Source of the DNA: a virus
Direction: 5' to 3' (one strand)
Virus record (IMG/VR): IMGVR_UViG_3300035180_001452
Coordinates: 58,381-122,380 of that record
DNA: 64,000 bases
A program made the position numbers and the translations under genes. Shown here one piece after another: positions 20,908 through 31,138 of this stretch (positions are counted from its first letter, which is position 1; each line of letters begins with the position of its first letter). Below the pieces are notes generated by a model. The model was given only the letters and a program-made list of their open reading frames with translations, searched no databases and was not told where the DNA came from.

Positions 20908-21513
20908 TTATCTATTATTATAATACATGGATAAAGCAAGATCGCCATCAGCACCCATATCATTTGAGCTATTACTATATACAGGGACACGTCTATCATG
21001 CCCTCCAGGACCATTCATAGCACCAAGAGCACCTATAGCTCCAACAGCCATGCCGCCATAAACTAGTCTTTTTCTAAGAGTAGGGTTTAGTACAAGCATC
21101 TCTCTACTCGCTTCTCTTCTTTTTAGGAAGTCTTTAAGCGGTTCGTCTTCTTTTCGAAATGCAAGACCAAGCCTTTCTAATGTTTCCTTAGACGCCCCCA
21201 TTCTTTCAGCAGCAAGTATGTGTGGGTTTTCTATTACTTTGAACAGTCCTTCTCCACCCATACCCCAGTGGTAAAACACCTTAGCAGCAGTCTTTCCACT
21301 TTCCCATGTTCTAGTTGCTAGGTTAACAGCATTTGGCCATGCTATATTTTCTATACCCGAGCGAATAAGAGAAGGAGCCTTCTTAGCTACAACTGCTGCT
21401 TTTTTCAGTGCAGCTTTTTGGAGCTTCTCACTAAGCTCTGTTCGGGCTTTTGCAAATGTTATTTCTGGGGCAATTCTATACCTGTAAAGGTCATATAGGA
21501 ATCTAAACAACAC
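20908..21513 (-). CDS. Hypothetical protein (possible internal virion/ejection protein)
   Basis: 201 aa, RBS GGAGG; Gly/Ala-rich hydrophobic C-terminal segment. Confidence 0.55.
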   Translation of the reverse strand: MLFRFLYDLYRYRIAPEITFAKARTELSEKLQKAALKKAAVVAKKAPSLIRSGIENIAWPNAVNLATRTWESGKTAAKVFYHWGMGGEGLFKVIENPHILAAERMGASKETLERLGLAFRKEDEPLKDFLKRREASREMLVLNPTLRKRLVYGGMAVGAIGALGAMNGPGGHDRRVPVYSNSSNDMGADGDLALSMYYNNR

Positions 21514-21597
21514 TAGCCTCCTGAAGCAACAGCGCTATTACTTTGTTATACTTAGAATATTTTAGTTCTTATACTAAGCTTGAACTATGTAATATGA

Positions 21598-22392
21598 CTA
21601 CATAATACTTTCTGGGTCACTCGCTGAATATCTTCCAGTTCCCTCGAATACAGATCCATATCCTACCATCTCTGGATCAGCTGACCCTCTTGCTATACTT
21701 TTTGCCGCTGCTGCTGCTGCTCTTCTTCTTGCTTTTTTTCCTCCTCCCGCAATTCCTGGCCGTTCTAGGTCATTTAATGCATATTTTCCTACTACATTTC
21801 CTGCTGCACGTCCTGGCCGTTCTGGGTCATTTAATGCATATTTTCCTACTCTATTTCCTGTTCCTAGTACAGTTTCTGACATTTCTCCTACTTCTCTCAT
21901 CATACTAGCCTTTGCTTTATTCGATACCACTCTATTGACAGCTCCTTCTTCTAGTCCTAGAGGACCAACGTTACGTAGCATGCTCCAAATTGATCCACCT
22001 GCTAGGAGGCCTGCAACACCACCGGCTCCAATTCTTTCCCACCCAGGACGGTTTTTATCAAGTGCAACTCTAGCACTCATATAGCCCCCAAGCTGTGAGC
22101 CAGCTAGTGCTCCTACTCTAAGGGCTTTACCCCAACCGTTAGTACCGCCCCACCAGTTAGTAGCCATATTCTGTGCTGCATCTCGTAAGTAGTCCTTCAT
22201 ATGATATCCTACGGCTGATGGATACATAGATAGACCCTTCCTAGCCATAACCTTTCCTAAGCCCCTAAGACTAGGCATAGTAGCAAGCCTAACGCCTGTG
22301 CGTCTTAATATTCCAGCCATTACAATACTTCTTGAATTAGCAATATCTTCAAATCCTATGTCCTTTAATAGGCCAGCTAAACTAAATGCCAT
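21598..22392 (-). CDS. Gly/Ala-rich basic protein with an internal duplication (VGKYALNDxERPG twice)
   Basis: 264-aa ORF; repeat visible in the DNA at about 21754-21850. Confidence 0.6.
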   Translation of the reverse strand: MAFSLAGLLKDIGFEDIANSRSIVMAGILRRTGVRLATMPSLRGLGKVMARKGLSMYPSAVGYHMKDYLRDAAQNMATNWWGGTNGWGKALRVGALAGSQLGGYMSARVALDKNRPGWERIGAGGVAGLLAGGSIWSMLRNVGPLGLEEGAVNRVVSNKAKASMMREVGEMSETVLGTGNRVGKYALNDPERPGRAAGNVVGKYALNDLERPGIAGGGKKARRRAAAAAAKSIARGSADPEMVGYGSVFEGTGRYSASDPESIM

Positions 22393-22659
22393 TATAGCAC
22401 CTCTTCCGTAGTTGTTCCAACTACGGCTAACGTAGTTTTATAAACTACGGCTACGTATTTATTCTAGCCGCATTTATACTAAATGCGGTAAATACGGTTT
22501 ACGATAGATCTGCTAAATCTGGATCTACCTTTACTATATGTGTGGTTTTTATATTACCTAAAGCTTTACTGGGATCTTTAACTATAGTTGGTTTACTTGG
22601 GGATTTCTTATTAACGGAGGAATCTTTCTTTACTGCGTGCGTTGTTGGTCTTGCAGCTT

Positions 22660-23433
22660 TCATAATTCTAGTCTCCCCATTCTTTGTTCAGTAGGGTTAT
22701 TAGTATCTTCCAGCTTCTTAGCATACTCAAGTAAATCTGCCATCTGGTTACTAACATCAGCTTTTCTTTGCTGCTTAGCTTCTGCATCAACCTTAGCTTG
22801 TCTAGAGGCTACTAGTAGCTGGTAGATCTTATGTATATCCTGTCTAAGTCTTCTCTGTGCTTCTAATAACTGATTAGGCTGTCTAGTATCATGCTTAAGA
22901 CCGGTCTTAGAATCTGTACCAACAACCATAGTTTCTACCGGGGATTCTCTCCTGATCAGCTTGTCACATCTACCCATAAGAATCTGTAGTCTAACCAGAT
23001 CGTTCACCATCTGGATATCTACATAATCCGTTGGGGTAATAGACAGATCGTTGATATATCCAGCAAAGTGTCTGAATGCATCAACTACCTCAATAGGACA
23101 GCCTACTCCTAGCCATCTCTTAACTAAACCATTACTTACTAATGGACAAATGTCTGCGAAGGGACAGCTATCACCTTTACAAACTATAGGTAATTCCTTA
23201 TATATAGTTAACTGTTCTTCAACAGCACTTATCTCTTCAGCAGTCCATCCGTCAAGATACCAGATCTTTCTTCTAAGAGATAGCACATTGGGAGGAGAAA
23301 ACAGATATTTCCCCTCCGAGTCTTTCTCATCAAACTTATCGTAGTCCACATTCATGGACCCTAATATTCTTTTCTTCTTTCCCTCATTATCATTATCACT
23401 CATAAGTATACATCCATTAATCCTAATTATCAA
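22660..23433 (-). CDS. Hypothetical protein (terminase small subunit candidate)
   Basis: Cys cluster (CKGDSCPFADICP...CPIE) and helical C-terminus upstream of the packaging genes; function is speculative. Confidence 0.4.
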   Translation of the reverse strand: MIIRINGCILMSDNDNEGKKKRILGSMNVDYDKFDEKDSEGKYLFSPPNVLSLRRKIWYLDGWTAEEISAVEEQLTIYKELPIVCKGDSCPFADICPLVSNGLVKRWLGVGCPIEVVDAFRHFAGYINDLSITPTDYVDIQMVNDLVRLQILMGRCDKLIRRESPVETMVVGTDSKTGLKHDTRQPNQLLEAQRRLRQDIHKIYQLLVASRQAKVDAEAKQQRKADVSNQMADLLEYAKKLEDTNNPTEQRMGRLEL

Positions 23434-23436
23434 TAA

Positions 23437-23709
23437 TTATTTTCTATGCTCATCAACGTCTTTTCGATTTTTATAATATTCTTTCTGGTAGCAGATTTTG
23501 CAAAGACCATTACCTTTGTGTGGAACATCATCTCTCTTACATCTAATACACCTATCATAGTTTCTAGCCCAGCCTATTCTAGGTATATACTCACACTTAA
23601 TACCGTACTGGTCTCTAGCATAACAGGCTACACATAAACCTCTAGCGTGATGAGGCCAGGTAACATCCCCACATCCCTGGCATCGTGAATATTTTCTACT
23701 CCACTTCAT
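23437..23709 (-). CDS. Small Cys/His-rich protein with two CxxC-x5-H-x3-GLCxxCY repeats
   Basis: Duplicated putative Zn-binding motif. Confidence 0.7.
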   Translation of the reverse strand: MKWSRKYSRCQGCGDVTWPHHARGLCVACYARDQYGIKCEYIPRIGWARNYDRCIRCKRDDVPHKGNGLCKICYQKEYYKNRKDVDEHRK

Positions 23710-24152
23710 TAGCTAGAGGAATCCTTTGGCATGAGATTCTCTGACTTTACATAAGAAGATAGTTTCTTTAAATCATAGTCGCATCTTCTTAAAGTTATTA
23801 CAGTTATCTCAGTACCCATATGAATATCTCTTCTATACTCAGGGTGCATCTTTCTTAAGGAGCGTATAGTATCTCCTTTTGTTTTAAACCCTGGCTTCTG
23901 TCTAGCTAGGTCAGTTGGCTCCAGATCTCCTATGCAGCATTTCTTCACGCTTACTACTTCTGCAATACCAAAGTGTGTGGGGACTTCACCGGGATCTCCT
24001 ATCGTTATCTGAATAGGTTCTAGTATAGATACTTGAGGAGCCATAGAGCTAAGACTAAATATAGAGTGGAGGGGCTTCTTCTTAATATCCTCTAGCGAGT
24101 TACGAAACCAGTGTATTCTTTTAATTCTGCTGTTGTTCATCACTCCCTCCAA
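23709..24152 (-). CDS. ASCH/PUA-like domain protein
   Basis: GD...GIAEVVSVKK..IGDL...DLAR..GF...LRKMHP pattern of ASCH domains. Confidence 0.55.
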   Translation of the reverse strand: MEGVMNNSRIKRIHWFRNSLEDIKKKPLHSIFSLSSMAPQVSILEPIQITIGDPGEVPTHFGIAEVVSVKKCCIGDLEPTDLARQKPGFKTKGDTIRSLRKMHPEYRRDIHMGTEITVITLRRCDYDLKKLSSYVKSENLMPKDSSS

Positions 24153-24342
24153 AGCCGTGCTTATTATAACCGTGTTTACCGTATTTATTCTAGCCGCATT
24201 TATTCTAAATGCGGTAGCCGCATTTATATTAAATGCGGTAAATACGGTTAAAAATAAACACGATAAATAATACAGCTCCTAGCTACACTAACCATATACG
24301 GGTAGTGTAGCTAGAAGCTAGAAGATTGACCTGTGTACGGCC

Positions 24343-25086
24343 TTATTTTACAGTAGGAACTCCACCACTATCTTTAATACAAACACCTGTAGTTATAATT
24401 CCTTGAGTATTATTAACAGTTCCACCTGTAGTTGTAGCAGCTGTAGCCGTATCTACACTAGATGCGGTAGCCGCATCTATAGCGGTATTGGGTGTTTCTA
24501 TAGTAATCAGACTCTTAATATATTCTTGAGCGCATGATAGAGAGCACAGAACCCTTCTCTTCCTCTTATACCCAATAGTTACAGCTTCTTCTATCTTCTT
24601 ACCACACTGCGCGCACGTGATACCAGCAGCTATATCCTTCGCGAGCTTAGCTGACTTTACTTCATCAATCAGTTTAGTACAGCTCCACTTATTATCATGA
24701 GCCTTCTTAAGCCATGTTATTGGATCTTCTACACTAGCACAAATTCTGTAGTGAGTCCATGTTACCGGTAGATGTCTGATAGCCTCATCCTCAAATGTCT
24801 TGGCAACCCATCTATACTGAAGGAATGTACTTCTCGCTTCTCCAGTCTTAGTAAGGAACTGATCTATGATATCTGACTTACCCTTCTCTTCCTTTTCTTT
24901 ATTATGTAGATCGGTTATTAAAGAAGCAATGTCACCTCTAAGCCAGTTATCTTCTACCTCAGCTTTTAGAATAGCAGAATACTGGTTGACATACTCTTCA
25001 AGTTCCATTATGCTTCCTTTCTTGTTTATACTATCCACAGACTCAGTATTTATTCTAAATATAGTGTGTATATAAGATGCGTCCAT
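24343..25086 (-). CDS. Putative DNA-binding protein with a C-terminal CxxC...CSxxC zinc finger
   Basis: WLRGD...TWTHYR...WLKKAHDNKWS helical domain plus CAQC/CSLSC. Confidence 0.55.
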   Translation of the reverse strand: MDASYIHTIFRINTESVDSINKKGSIMELEEYVNQYSAILKAEVEDNWLRGDIASLITDLHNKEKEEKGKSDIIDQFLTKTGEARSTFLQYRWVAKTFEDEAIRHLPVTWTHYRICASVEDPITWLKKAHDNKWSCTKLIDEVKSAKLAKDIAAGITCAQCGKKIEEAVTIGYKRKRRVLCSLSCAQEYIKSLITIETPNTAIDAATASSVDTATAATTTGGTVNNTQGIITTGVCIKDSGGVPTVK

Positions 25087-25115
25087 TTGAACTTCCTTAT
25101 ACTTCCATATTTATC

Positions 25116-25742
25116 CTAAATACGGGACACTTCTATCTTATTATGGCACAAACTACGTATGTCCCACAAGGCTGATTTAGGAGTCACCCAGCATATGTCT
25201 CTTCGGAGTTTAATCCCCGGTACACTCTCAGCAGCTTCATAATGTTTATTATTGATACTACCTAGTTTTAAGAATTCCTTTACAGGTAACCATCCAAGGA
25301 ATTTTATGTCTTGGAATGTGTACCCTTGAATTATTACCGGGTGAGTTTCTGATGGCGATGGGGTCGCATTCATACTAGGTACGGTGGTCTTACAGACTGT
25401 AGGTATTACCTGTACAGCTACAACTACATCAGAGCTACTAGCATTATCTAAACAATCCTTAGGTATCCAAATGGATTTAGGTAGCGCTACTGATTTAACT
25501 ATAAGTTTTCTACCGTCAGGTAGAACCCCGTCCGGTTTAGACCTATCTCCTCTCTTCCCATACAAGTTCCAATCCATAGTAGCGTTTAAATACTTTTGGC
25601 AAGCATACTCTGCATAAACCCCCATTACATGCTTTATTAAAGGTGGCCATCCTCTAGATATGGTCTGGTTAGTTTTTGGTTTATTCCTTTTAATCGCCAT
25701 ATCTACACAGAATTTAATATCTTCTTCTGTAAACTCAATCAT
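25116..25742 (-). CDS. Hypothetical protein (possible PD-(D/E)xK-like fold)
   Basis: GxxAEYA...PD...VKS pattern. Confidence 0.4.
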   Translation of the reverse strand: MIEFTEEDIKFCVDMAIKRNKPKTNQTISRGWPPLIKHVMGVYAEYACQKYLNATMDWNLYGKRGDRSKPDGVLPDGRKLIVKSVALPKSIWIPKDCLDNASSSDVVVAVQVIPTVCKTTVPSMNATPSPSETHPVIIQGYTFQDIKFLGWLPVKEFLKLGSINNKHYEAAESVPGIKLRRDICWVTPKSALWDIRSLCHNKIEVSRI

Positions 25743-25997
25743 TAATATATCCTTGTTTATTACACGGACTAGGTCTTACTAAACTCTACATTATTATGGC
25801 ACACTCAGATTATCTTGTATAGCAGGGTTTAGCATAAATACGGACATAGTTTATCAGGCCAGAAACCAATCCTGCCTCTAGGTACTATATTACCTAGATG
25901 ATCTAGGGGGTGTGTCTCAAATTTACCCACGGTAAGTTTGAGATGTGCCAGCGAGTGCTCTGGGGACATGAGCCCCTGCACTCAGAAAGGTAAGAGA

Positions 25998-26345
25998 ATG
26001 TCCAAGGTTAAGGAGTGGTTGGAGAAGCTTGCGGGGCTTTTGGCCCCAAAGGCGAGGATCGTGGAGAGCACGGCTACCGGTGACGATCAGACCGGCATCG
26101 TCACTGTCGCCCTTATCCAGGGCGATGCGCGCATCGAGATGGCGGTCAGCTATGACCGCCAGAATTTCCGGGTTGGCTTCTCCGTCAAGAAGGCGGAGGG
26201 CTACCCGGTCTCTTCTGGAAGCGTTACCTTCGAGAACAACTGGTACGAGGTTCATCTCGAGAATATTCTCGAGATGAAGTTCAAAAGTGCATCGATGATC
26301 CCGTGGGGGATCATCGGGGCTGAGATCGAGAAGGCTATCAGGTAG
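25998..26345 (+). CDS. Cassette protein, family A (115 aa)
   Basis: ATG after repeat-borne AGAAAGG SD; C-terminal IPWxxIxxEIxKAI shared with 26441 and 28949. Confidence 0.8.
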   Translation: MSKVKEWLEKLAGLLAPKARIVESTATGDDQTGIVTVALIQGDARIEMAVSYDRQNFRVGFSVKKAEGYPVSSGSVTFENNWYEVHLENILEMKFKSASMIPWGIIGAEIEKAIR

Positions 26346-26440
26346 CCTTCTCGATCACCAAGGAGGAGGGGCTAACGCCCCTCCTTCTTGGGCTGAGTGC
26401 TTAGGGGACATGAGCCCCTGCACTCGGAAAGGAAAAGGAA

Positions 26441-26806
26441 ATGGAGTTGAAGATTGAGAAGTTTCTGCGCCTGGTGACGGGGCTTCTCCTGCCCCCCGAC
26501 ACGGTCTGTGTCGAGGAGACCGTGCTCGGTACTGACGAGTCGGGCATCGTGGGGTACATGTTCCAGATTGGCGAGGTCAACCTGGACGTTGCACTCACGA
26601 ACAACCGGGACGAGTGGACGTTCACCCTTGATACTATCAAGGGAGGTCGGAAGATCCTGATGGTCACCGTCTTGTACCAGCACGCGTGGTACAGCATGTC
26701 TATCCGGGCCAAGGACGTGGAGACGACCCGGAAGTTCCGGGATGCCTCGAGCATTCCCTGGGACGAGGTCGGGAAGGAGATCGGCAAGGCCCTCTCTGAC
26801 ATCTAG
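26441..26806 (+). CDS. Cassette protein, family A (121 aa)
   Basis: GTDESGIV and RKFRDASSIPW shared with paralogues. Confidence 0.8.
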   Translation: MELKIEKFLRLVTGLLLPPDTVCVEETVLGTDESGIVGYMFQIGEVNLDVALTNNRDEWTFTLDTIKGGRKILMVTVLYQHAWYSMSIRAKDVETTRKFRDASSIPWDEVGKEIGKALSDI

Positions 26807-26899
26807 AGAGGGCCTGGGCCTAAGGAGGAGGGGCTAACGCCCCTCCTTCTTGGGCTGAGCCAGAAGAATGTACCTCTGGCTTGGGAGGAGGTGAATAAA

Positions 26900-27037
26900 A
26901 TGGTGGGCCTCGTTGTGGTGGTAGTAGTTGTGGCGGGCCTGGTTAAGCTCCTCGAGTCGGTTCGTGAGGAGCAAAACCGTGCCCTCACCTTCTCCTTTAT
27001 GGAGATCATGAAGGAGGAGAAGGAGGAGGAGAAGTAA
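26900..27037 (+). CDS. Small membrane peptide, family B (45 aa; not in the ORF track)
   Basis: SD GGAGGTG; MVGLVVVVVVVAGLVKLLESVREEQNRALTFSFMEIMKEEKEEEK. Confidence 0.75.
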   Translation: MVGLVVVVVVVAGLVKLLESVREEQNRALTFSFMEIMKEEKEEEK

Positions 27038-27134
27038 TTCTCCTCCTCCAGCCTAAGGAGGAGGGGCTAACGCCCCTCCTTCTTGGGCTGAGTGTTTAGA
27101 GGACATGAGCCTCTGCACTCAGAAAGGTAGGAAG

Positions 27135-27602
27135 ATGAAGCCTAGCAAGAAGATCCTTGCTGGGTTCCAGGTCCTCTTTGGATCTGGGATCCAGCAGGGG
27201 GTGACCCCAGAAGTTTGGGTCACTACCAGCAAGCGGACTTTTAAGATGGTCCGCTGTGACATCGGAACCCCCGTTGTGGGGGTCATCACCCGCAGCGGCT
27301 GGCAGGTTGCCGCTATCCAGTCCGAGGAGAAGTATGTCTGGCTCGCTCCTGGCGAGAGCGAGCCAAGGATCGGGTCTCTCGTCAAGCTCCTTCAGGAGTT
27401 CTTGAAGGATAAGGGTGATGGCGTGTTCGACATCATCCTTGCCTTCAAGAAGGAGGTCGAGGAGACCAAGGCTAGCAAGAAGGATGATGAGACCTTTATC
27501 GACCTGCTTTATAAGCAGGCCGAGATGGTCTCCTCAACCATCTCGAGCACGTACTCCAGCGTGGTGGAGTACGTTACCAACATCCCCAAGATTTTCTCGT
27601 AG
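27135..27602 (+). CDS. Cassette protein, family C (155 aa)
   Basis: Paralogue of 30566 (EEKYVWLAP; identical end EYVTNIPKIFS). Confidence 0.8.
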   Translation: MKPSKKILAGFQVLFGSGIQQGVTPEVWVTTSKRTFKMVRCDIGTPVVGVITRSGWQVAAIQSEEKYVWLAPGESEPRIGSLVKLLQEFLKDKGDGVFDIILAFKKEVEETKASKKDDETFIDLLYKQAEMVSSTISSTYSSVVEYVTNIPKIFS

Positions 27603-27684
27603 GGGATGTTGGTAGCCTGAGGAGGAGGGGCTAACGCCCCTCCTTCTTAGGCTGAGTGTTTAGAGGACACGAGCCTCTGCACTC

Positions 27685-27825
27685 AGAAAGGCAGTGCAAT
27701 GACTTGACTGCCTTGGATCGCTGATCGCTAGGCTAGTTAATGCTTTAGGGGCAGTATTAACTAGCTAGAGTGCAGCCTTGGTATTAAAGTGTGGCTGCAA
27801 TAGGGCTAACGCCCTTCCTTTTTAT
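27685..27825 (+). ncRNA. Structured ~140-nt module, copy 1, containing the SD + ATG-ACT-TGA minigene (27699..27707)
   Basis: Stems aaggcagt/actgcctt, ctagttaat/attaactag, tgcagcc/ggctgca and gggc-taac-gccc plus T-run; repeated five times. Confidence 0.55.
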
Positions 27826-27875
27826 GCTGAGTGCTTAGAGGACATGAGCCTCTGCACTCAGAAAGGAAGAAGAAG

Positions 27876-28286
27876 ATGAAGTTGTTGATCCGGCTGTTCA
27901 CGATGTATCTTGACTTCCTCCTTAAGAATTCAATGGAGGTAGTTAAGATGGAGGTAGTGGGCGGTAGCTTTGACATCGATTCCGTTCAGGATGGTGTCAG
28001 GCTCTCTGTTTCTGCAAAGCTTACCCAGGAAGGTATGCTTTTGCAGTATGTGTTGGGTTTTAAGGAAAGATACCTAGTAACGACACGTTTGGCAGGTAAT
28101 AGTGGATATGGACATAAGTCAATGGTGGCAAGGAAGCCACATGAGAAGAGAAAGATCCGTCTGGAGAGTCGGCTCCTCCAGACGGAGGATGAGGTCGTTC
28201 GGTTCCTCCAGCCAGGGGGAACCGATGAGGTTTCCGTTGAGGATGCTATGAAGATTCATAGCATCCTTATCTGGCTGGATGAGTAG
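27876..28286 (+). CDS. Cassette protein, family D (136 aa)
   Basis: Paralogue of 30042 with near-identical C-terminus (LQTEDEVVRFLQP...KIHSIL). Confidence 0.8.
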   Translation: MKLLIRLFTMYLDFLLKNSMEVVKMEVVGGSFDIDSVQDGVRLSVSAKLTQEGMLLQYVLGFKERYLVTTRLAGNSGYGHKSMVARKPHEKRKIRLESRLLQTEDEVVRFLQPGGTDEVSVEDAMKIHSILIWLDE

Positions 28287-28383
28287 TTTCGACCAGCCAG
28301 CTTGAGAGGGAGGGGCTAACGCCCCTCCTTCTTGGGCTGAGCACTCTGGGGACATGAGCCCCTGTGCTTGAAAGGAGACAGCG

Positions 28384-28803
28384 ATGCTATATGCTATCGC
28401 TGAGGCGTACCGAAGCATCTTCGGTGCGCCCGTCCACGAGACAATCGTGGACGGTATCCTCCACCAGGCTTTTCTGGTGGGGGATGGTGTGGTGGAGCTT
28501 TCGTTCCACCATACCATGGACAAGATGATGATGTCTATGGTCTTGTCCATTGTTCCGGCCTCGGTCGAGGTCGGATATGATGTTATCCTCAAGGACAACA
28601 TCGTGACTTTCCGTCTTGCCCTTTCCAAGGGCGAGCTTGACTCTGAGGAAGTTGCGCTTAGCGCGCAGCTTCCTTGTGGGGTGCACCCCATCAAGGTGTT
28701 CCTTCCTGGGAAGGAGGGACCTGTTCCCTCCTTCCTCAACCTCAGTGAGGAGCAGCACATGCTCCTCAAGGAGTGGACTAAGAAGTTGATGGGGAGCATG
28801 TAG
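28384..28803 (+). CDS. Cassette protein (139 aa)
   Basis: SD AAAGGAG immediately after the repeat. Confidence 0.75.
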   Translation: MLYAIAEAYRSIFGAPVHETIVDGILHQAFLVGDGVVELSFHHTMDKMMMSMVLSIVPASVEVGYDVILKDNIVTFRLALSKGELDSEEVALSAQLPCGVHPIKVFLPGKEGPVPSFLNLSEEQHMLLKEWTKKLMGSM

Positions 28804-28948
28804 TGGTTTTGTATTACCGGGAAATGAGCTCACATCCCGGTAATACAGACGTAGCTAACTACTAGACTAAGGAGGAGGGGCTAACGCCCCTCCTTCTTGG
28901 TCTGAGTGCTTAGGGGACATGAGCCCCTGCACTTGGAAGGAGAAGGAA

Positions 28949-29269
28949 ATGGAGTTGAATATCGAGCAGATGATGTACAATCTGATTGCGGCCCTGCTTC
29001 CCGGAAACATTTCCGGGATCGATCGGACGCTCCAGATCAATGTCAAGACCATTGATTTGGCGCTCGGAGAGTTCGGTCTCGAGGGGATGCTTACTCTGGA
29101 AATCGTTGAGAATGACAACAAGCTCGTTAAGGTTGTTATTCGATACGAGGAGGGTGAGTACACTCTTGGCATCCGGACCAAGGAGATGCATACGATCCGG
29201 AAGTTCCGGGATATCTCGGTGATCCCCTGGAACACCATCACGGATGAGATCGAGGAGGCTATCAAGTAG
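28949..29269 (+). CDS. Cassette protein, family A (106 aa)
   Basis: MELNIE start and RKFRDISVIPW end match 26441. Confidence 0.8.
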   Translation: MELNIEQMMYNLIAALLPGNISGIDRTLQINVKTIDLALGEFGLEGMLTLEIVENDNKLVKVVIRYEEGEYTLGIRTKEMHTIRKFRDISVIPWNTITDEIEEAIK

Positions 29270-29361
29270 CCTTCTCGACCCCTAAGGAGGAGGGGCTAAC
29301 GCCCCTCCTTCTTGGGCTGAGCCAGAAGAATGTATCTCTGGCTGGAGAGGAGGTGAATAAG

Positions 29362-29520
29362 ATGGATGTTCTCGCTGCTCTTCTGTCAGTCGTGGTTTTC
29401 GTAGCAGTAATGCTACGAGTACTCGGCTGTGCTCAGGAGGAGCATAAGCGGGTGATTACCAGCTCCTTCATCGAGGTTTGCAAGGCGATGAGGGAGGCGG
29501 AGGAGGCGGAGGAGAAATAA
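29362..29520 (+). CDS. Small membrane peptide, family B (52 aa; not in the ORF track)
   Basis: SD GGAGGTG; MDVLAALLSVVVFVAVMLRVLGCAQEEHKRVITSSFIEVCKAMREAEEAEEK, similar to 26900. Confidence 0.75.
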   Translation: MDVLAALLSVVVFVAVMLRVLGCAQEEHKRVITSSFIEVCKAMREAEEAEEK

Positions 29521-29611
29521 TCTCCTCTAGCCTGAGGAGGAGGGGCTAACGCCCCTCCTTCTTGGGCTGAGCCAGAAGAATGTACCTCTGGCTGGAGAGG
29601 AGGTGAATAAG

Positions 29612-29767
29612 ATGACCGTCAAGATTTTCGATGGCTTTAATGCCGTGGTCGATGATGATGGCACCATCATCGGGTTCTATACGGACCCGGGTGTTCTCAT
29701 CGACCTTTGCCTTGACGAGGCTAATAATATTATTGGCTTCGTCAAGGCCAAGGAGGAGGAGAAGTAA
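29612..29767 (+). CDS. Small acidic peptide (51 aa; not in the ORF track)
   Basis: SD GGAGGTG; MTVKIFDGFNAVVDDDGTIIGF...DEANNIIGFVKAKEEEK. Confidence 0.7.
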   Translation: MTVKIFDGFNAVVDDDGTIIGFYTDPGVLIDLCLDEANNIIGFVKAKEEEK

Positions 29768-29850
29768 TTCTCCTCCTCCAGCCTGAGGAGGAGGGGCTAA
29801 CGCCCCTCCTTCTTGGGCTGAGTGTTTAGAGGACACGAGCCTCTGCACTC

Positions 29851-29992
29851 AGAAAGGCAGTGCAATGACTTGACTGCCTTGGATTGCTAGTTGCCAAGCT
29901 AGTTAATGCTAAGGGGCTAGTATTAACTAGCTTGAGTGCAGCCCTAGTACTAACGTGTGGCTGCAATAGGGCTAACGCCCTTCCTTTTTATA
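29851..29992 (+). ncRNA. Structured module copy 2 (minigene 29865..29873)
   Basis: Same stems as copy 1. Confidence 0.55.
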
Positions 29993-30041
29993 CTGAGTGC
30001 TTAGAGGACATGAGCCTCTGCACTCAGAAAGGAAGAAGAAG

Positions 30042-30467
30042 ATGAAGCTGTTGGTCCGGCTGTTCGTGATGTACTTGGATTTTCTCCGCAGCGGCTTCGC
30101 GGAGGTTACCAAGCTTGAAGCTGGTGAGGAGGGCTTCAAGCTCGAGGCGGTGGATGCTTACGGAGGGATTGTTCTTACGACCTCTTTTGAGGTCGTTCCG
30201 ACAGGGGTTGTCCTTCAGTATGTTCTTCTTTACGAATCGCGCAACTATCTCATAACAACGCGATTCGTTGGGAATGACGGATGGTCGTTCAAGTCAATGA
30301 CGGCAACAAAGTCAAATCCGTCTGAGACTAGAAAGATCCGTCTAGAGACTCGCACCCTCCAGACGGAGGATGAGGTCGTTCGGTTCCTTCAACCAGAAGG
30401 GACCGATGAGGTTTCTGTCGAGGATGCTATGAAGATTCATAGCATTCTCGCGTGGCTGGTCGAGTAG
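30042..30467 (+). CDS. Cassette protein, family D (141 aa)
   Basis: Paralogue of 27876. Confidence 0.8.
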   Translation: MKLLVRLFVMYLDFLRSGFAEVTKLEAGEEGFKLEAVDAYGGIVLTTSFEVVPTGVVLQYVLLYESRNYLITTRFVGNDGWSFKSMTATKSNPSETRKIRLETRTLQTEDEVVRFLQPEGTDEVSVEDAMKIHSILAWLVE

Positions 30468-30565
30468 TTTCGACCAGCCAGCCTAAGGAGGAGGGGCTAA
30501 CGCCCCTCCTTCTTGGGCTGAGTGTTTAGAGGACATGAGCCTCTGCACTCAGAAAGGGGAGGCAT

Positions 30566-31018
30566 ATGACGCCTCGCGAGAAGTACCTCGCGGGGTTCCA
30601 GGTCCTCTTTGGACCTGGAATTCCACGGGGTGTCACCCCCGAGGTCCGCATTGCCGTTGGTAAGCGGACCAGCACGATGGTGCGATGCACCATCGGGACC
30701 CCCATTGTGGGGGTCATCGTCCGCGAGGGCTGGATGGTCGCAAAGATCCAGCCTGAGGAGAAGTATGTCTGGCTCGCTCCTAATGAGAGCGAGCCAAGCG
30801 TTGGTTCTCTCACTCAGCTCCTTCAGGGGTTCCTGAAGGACAAGGGGTGCGTGTTCGATCTCCTTCTTGAGTTCAAGAAGGAGATCGAGGAGTCCAAGGA
30901 GGATGTCACCTTCCTTGACTTGATGTACAAGCAGCTCGAGATGGTTGGTGATACCATCTCGAGCACGTACTCCACTATGCTGGAGTACGTTACCAACATC
31001 CCCAAGATTTTCTCGTAG
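30566..31018 (+). CDS. Cassette protein, family C (150 aa)
   Basis: Paralogue of 27135; start MTPREKYLAGF shared with 32451. Confidence 0.8.
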   Translation: MTPREKYLAGFQVLFGPGIPRGVTPEVRIAVGKRTSTMVRCTIGTPIVGVIVREGWMVAKIQPEEKYVWLAPNESEPSVGSLTQLLQGFLKDKGCVFDLLLEFKKEIEESKEDVTFLDLMYKQLEMVGDTISSTYSTMLEYVTNIPKIFS

Positions 31019-31138
31019 GGGATGTTGGTAGCCTGAGGAGGAGGGGCTAACGCCCCTCCTTCTTGGGCTGAGGAGATATTAGTATCTCCTCTTATTACTT
31101 TGGTATTACCGGGAATGTGAGACACTCTCCGGTAATAA

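Noticed and set aside
27704-27735. Sigma70 promoter TTGACT...TAGGCT in the structured module
   Set aside because: Spacing is 19 nt, the -10 is not conserved across copies (CAAGCT, TAAGCT) and copy 5 has CTGACT; kept only as an alternative to the minigene reading
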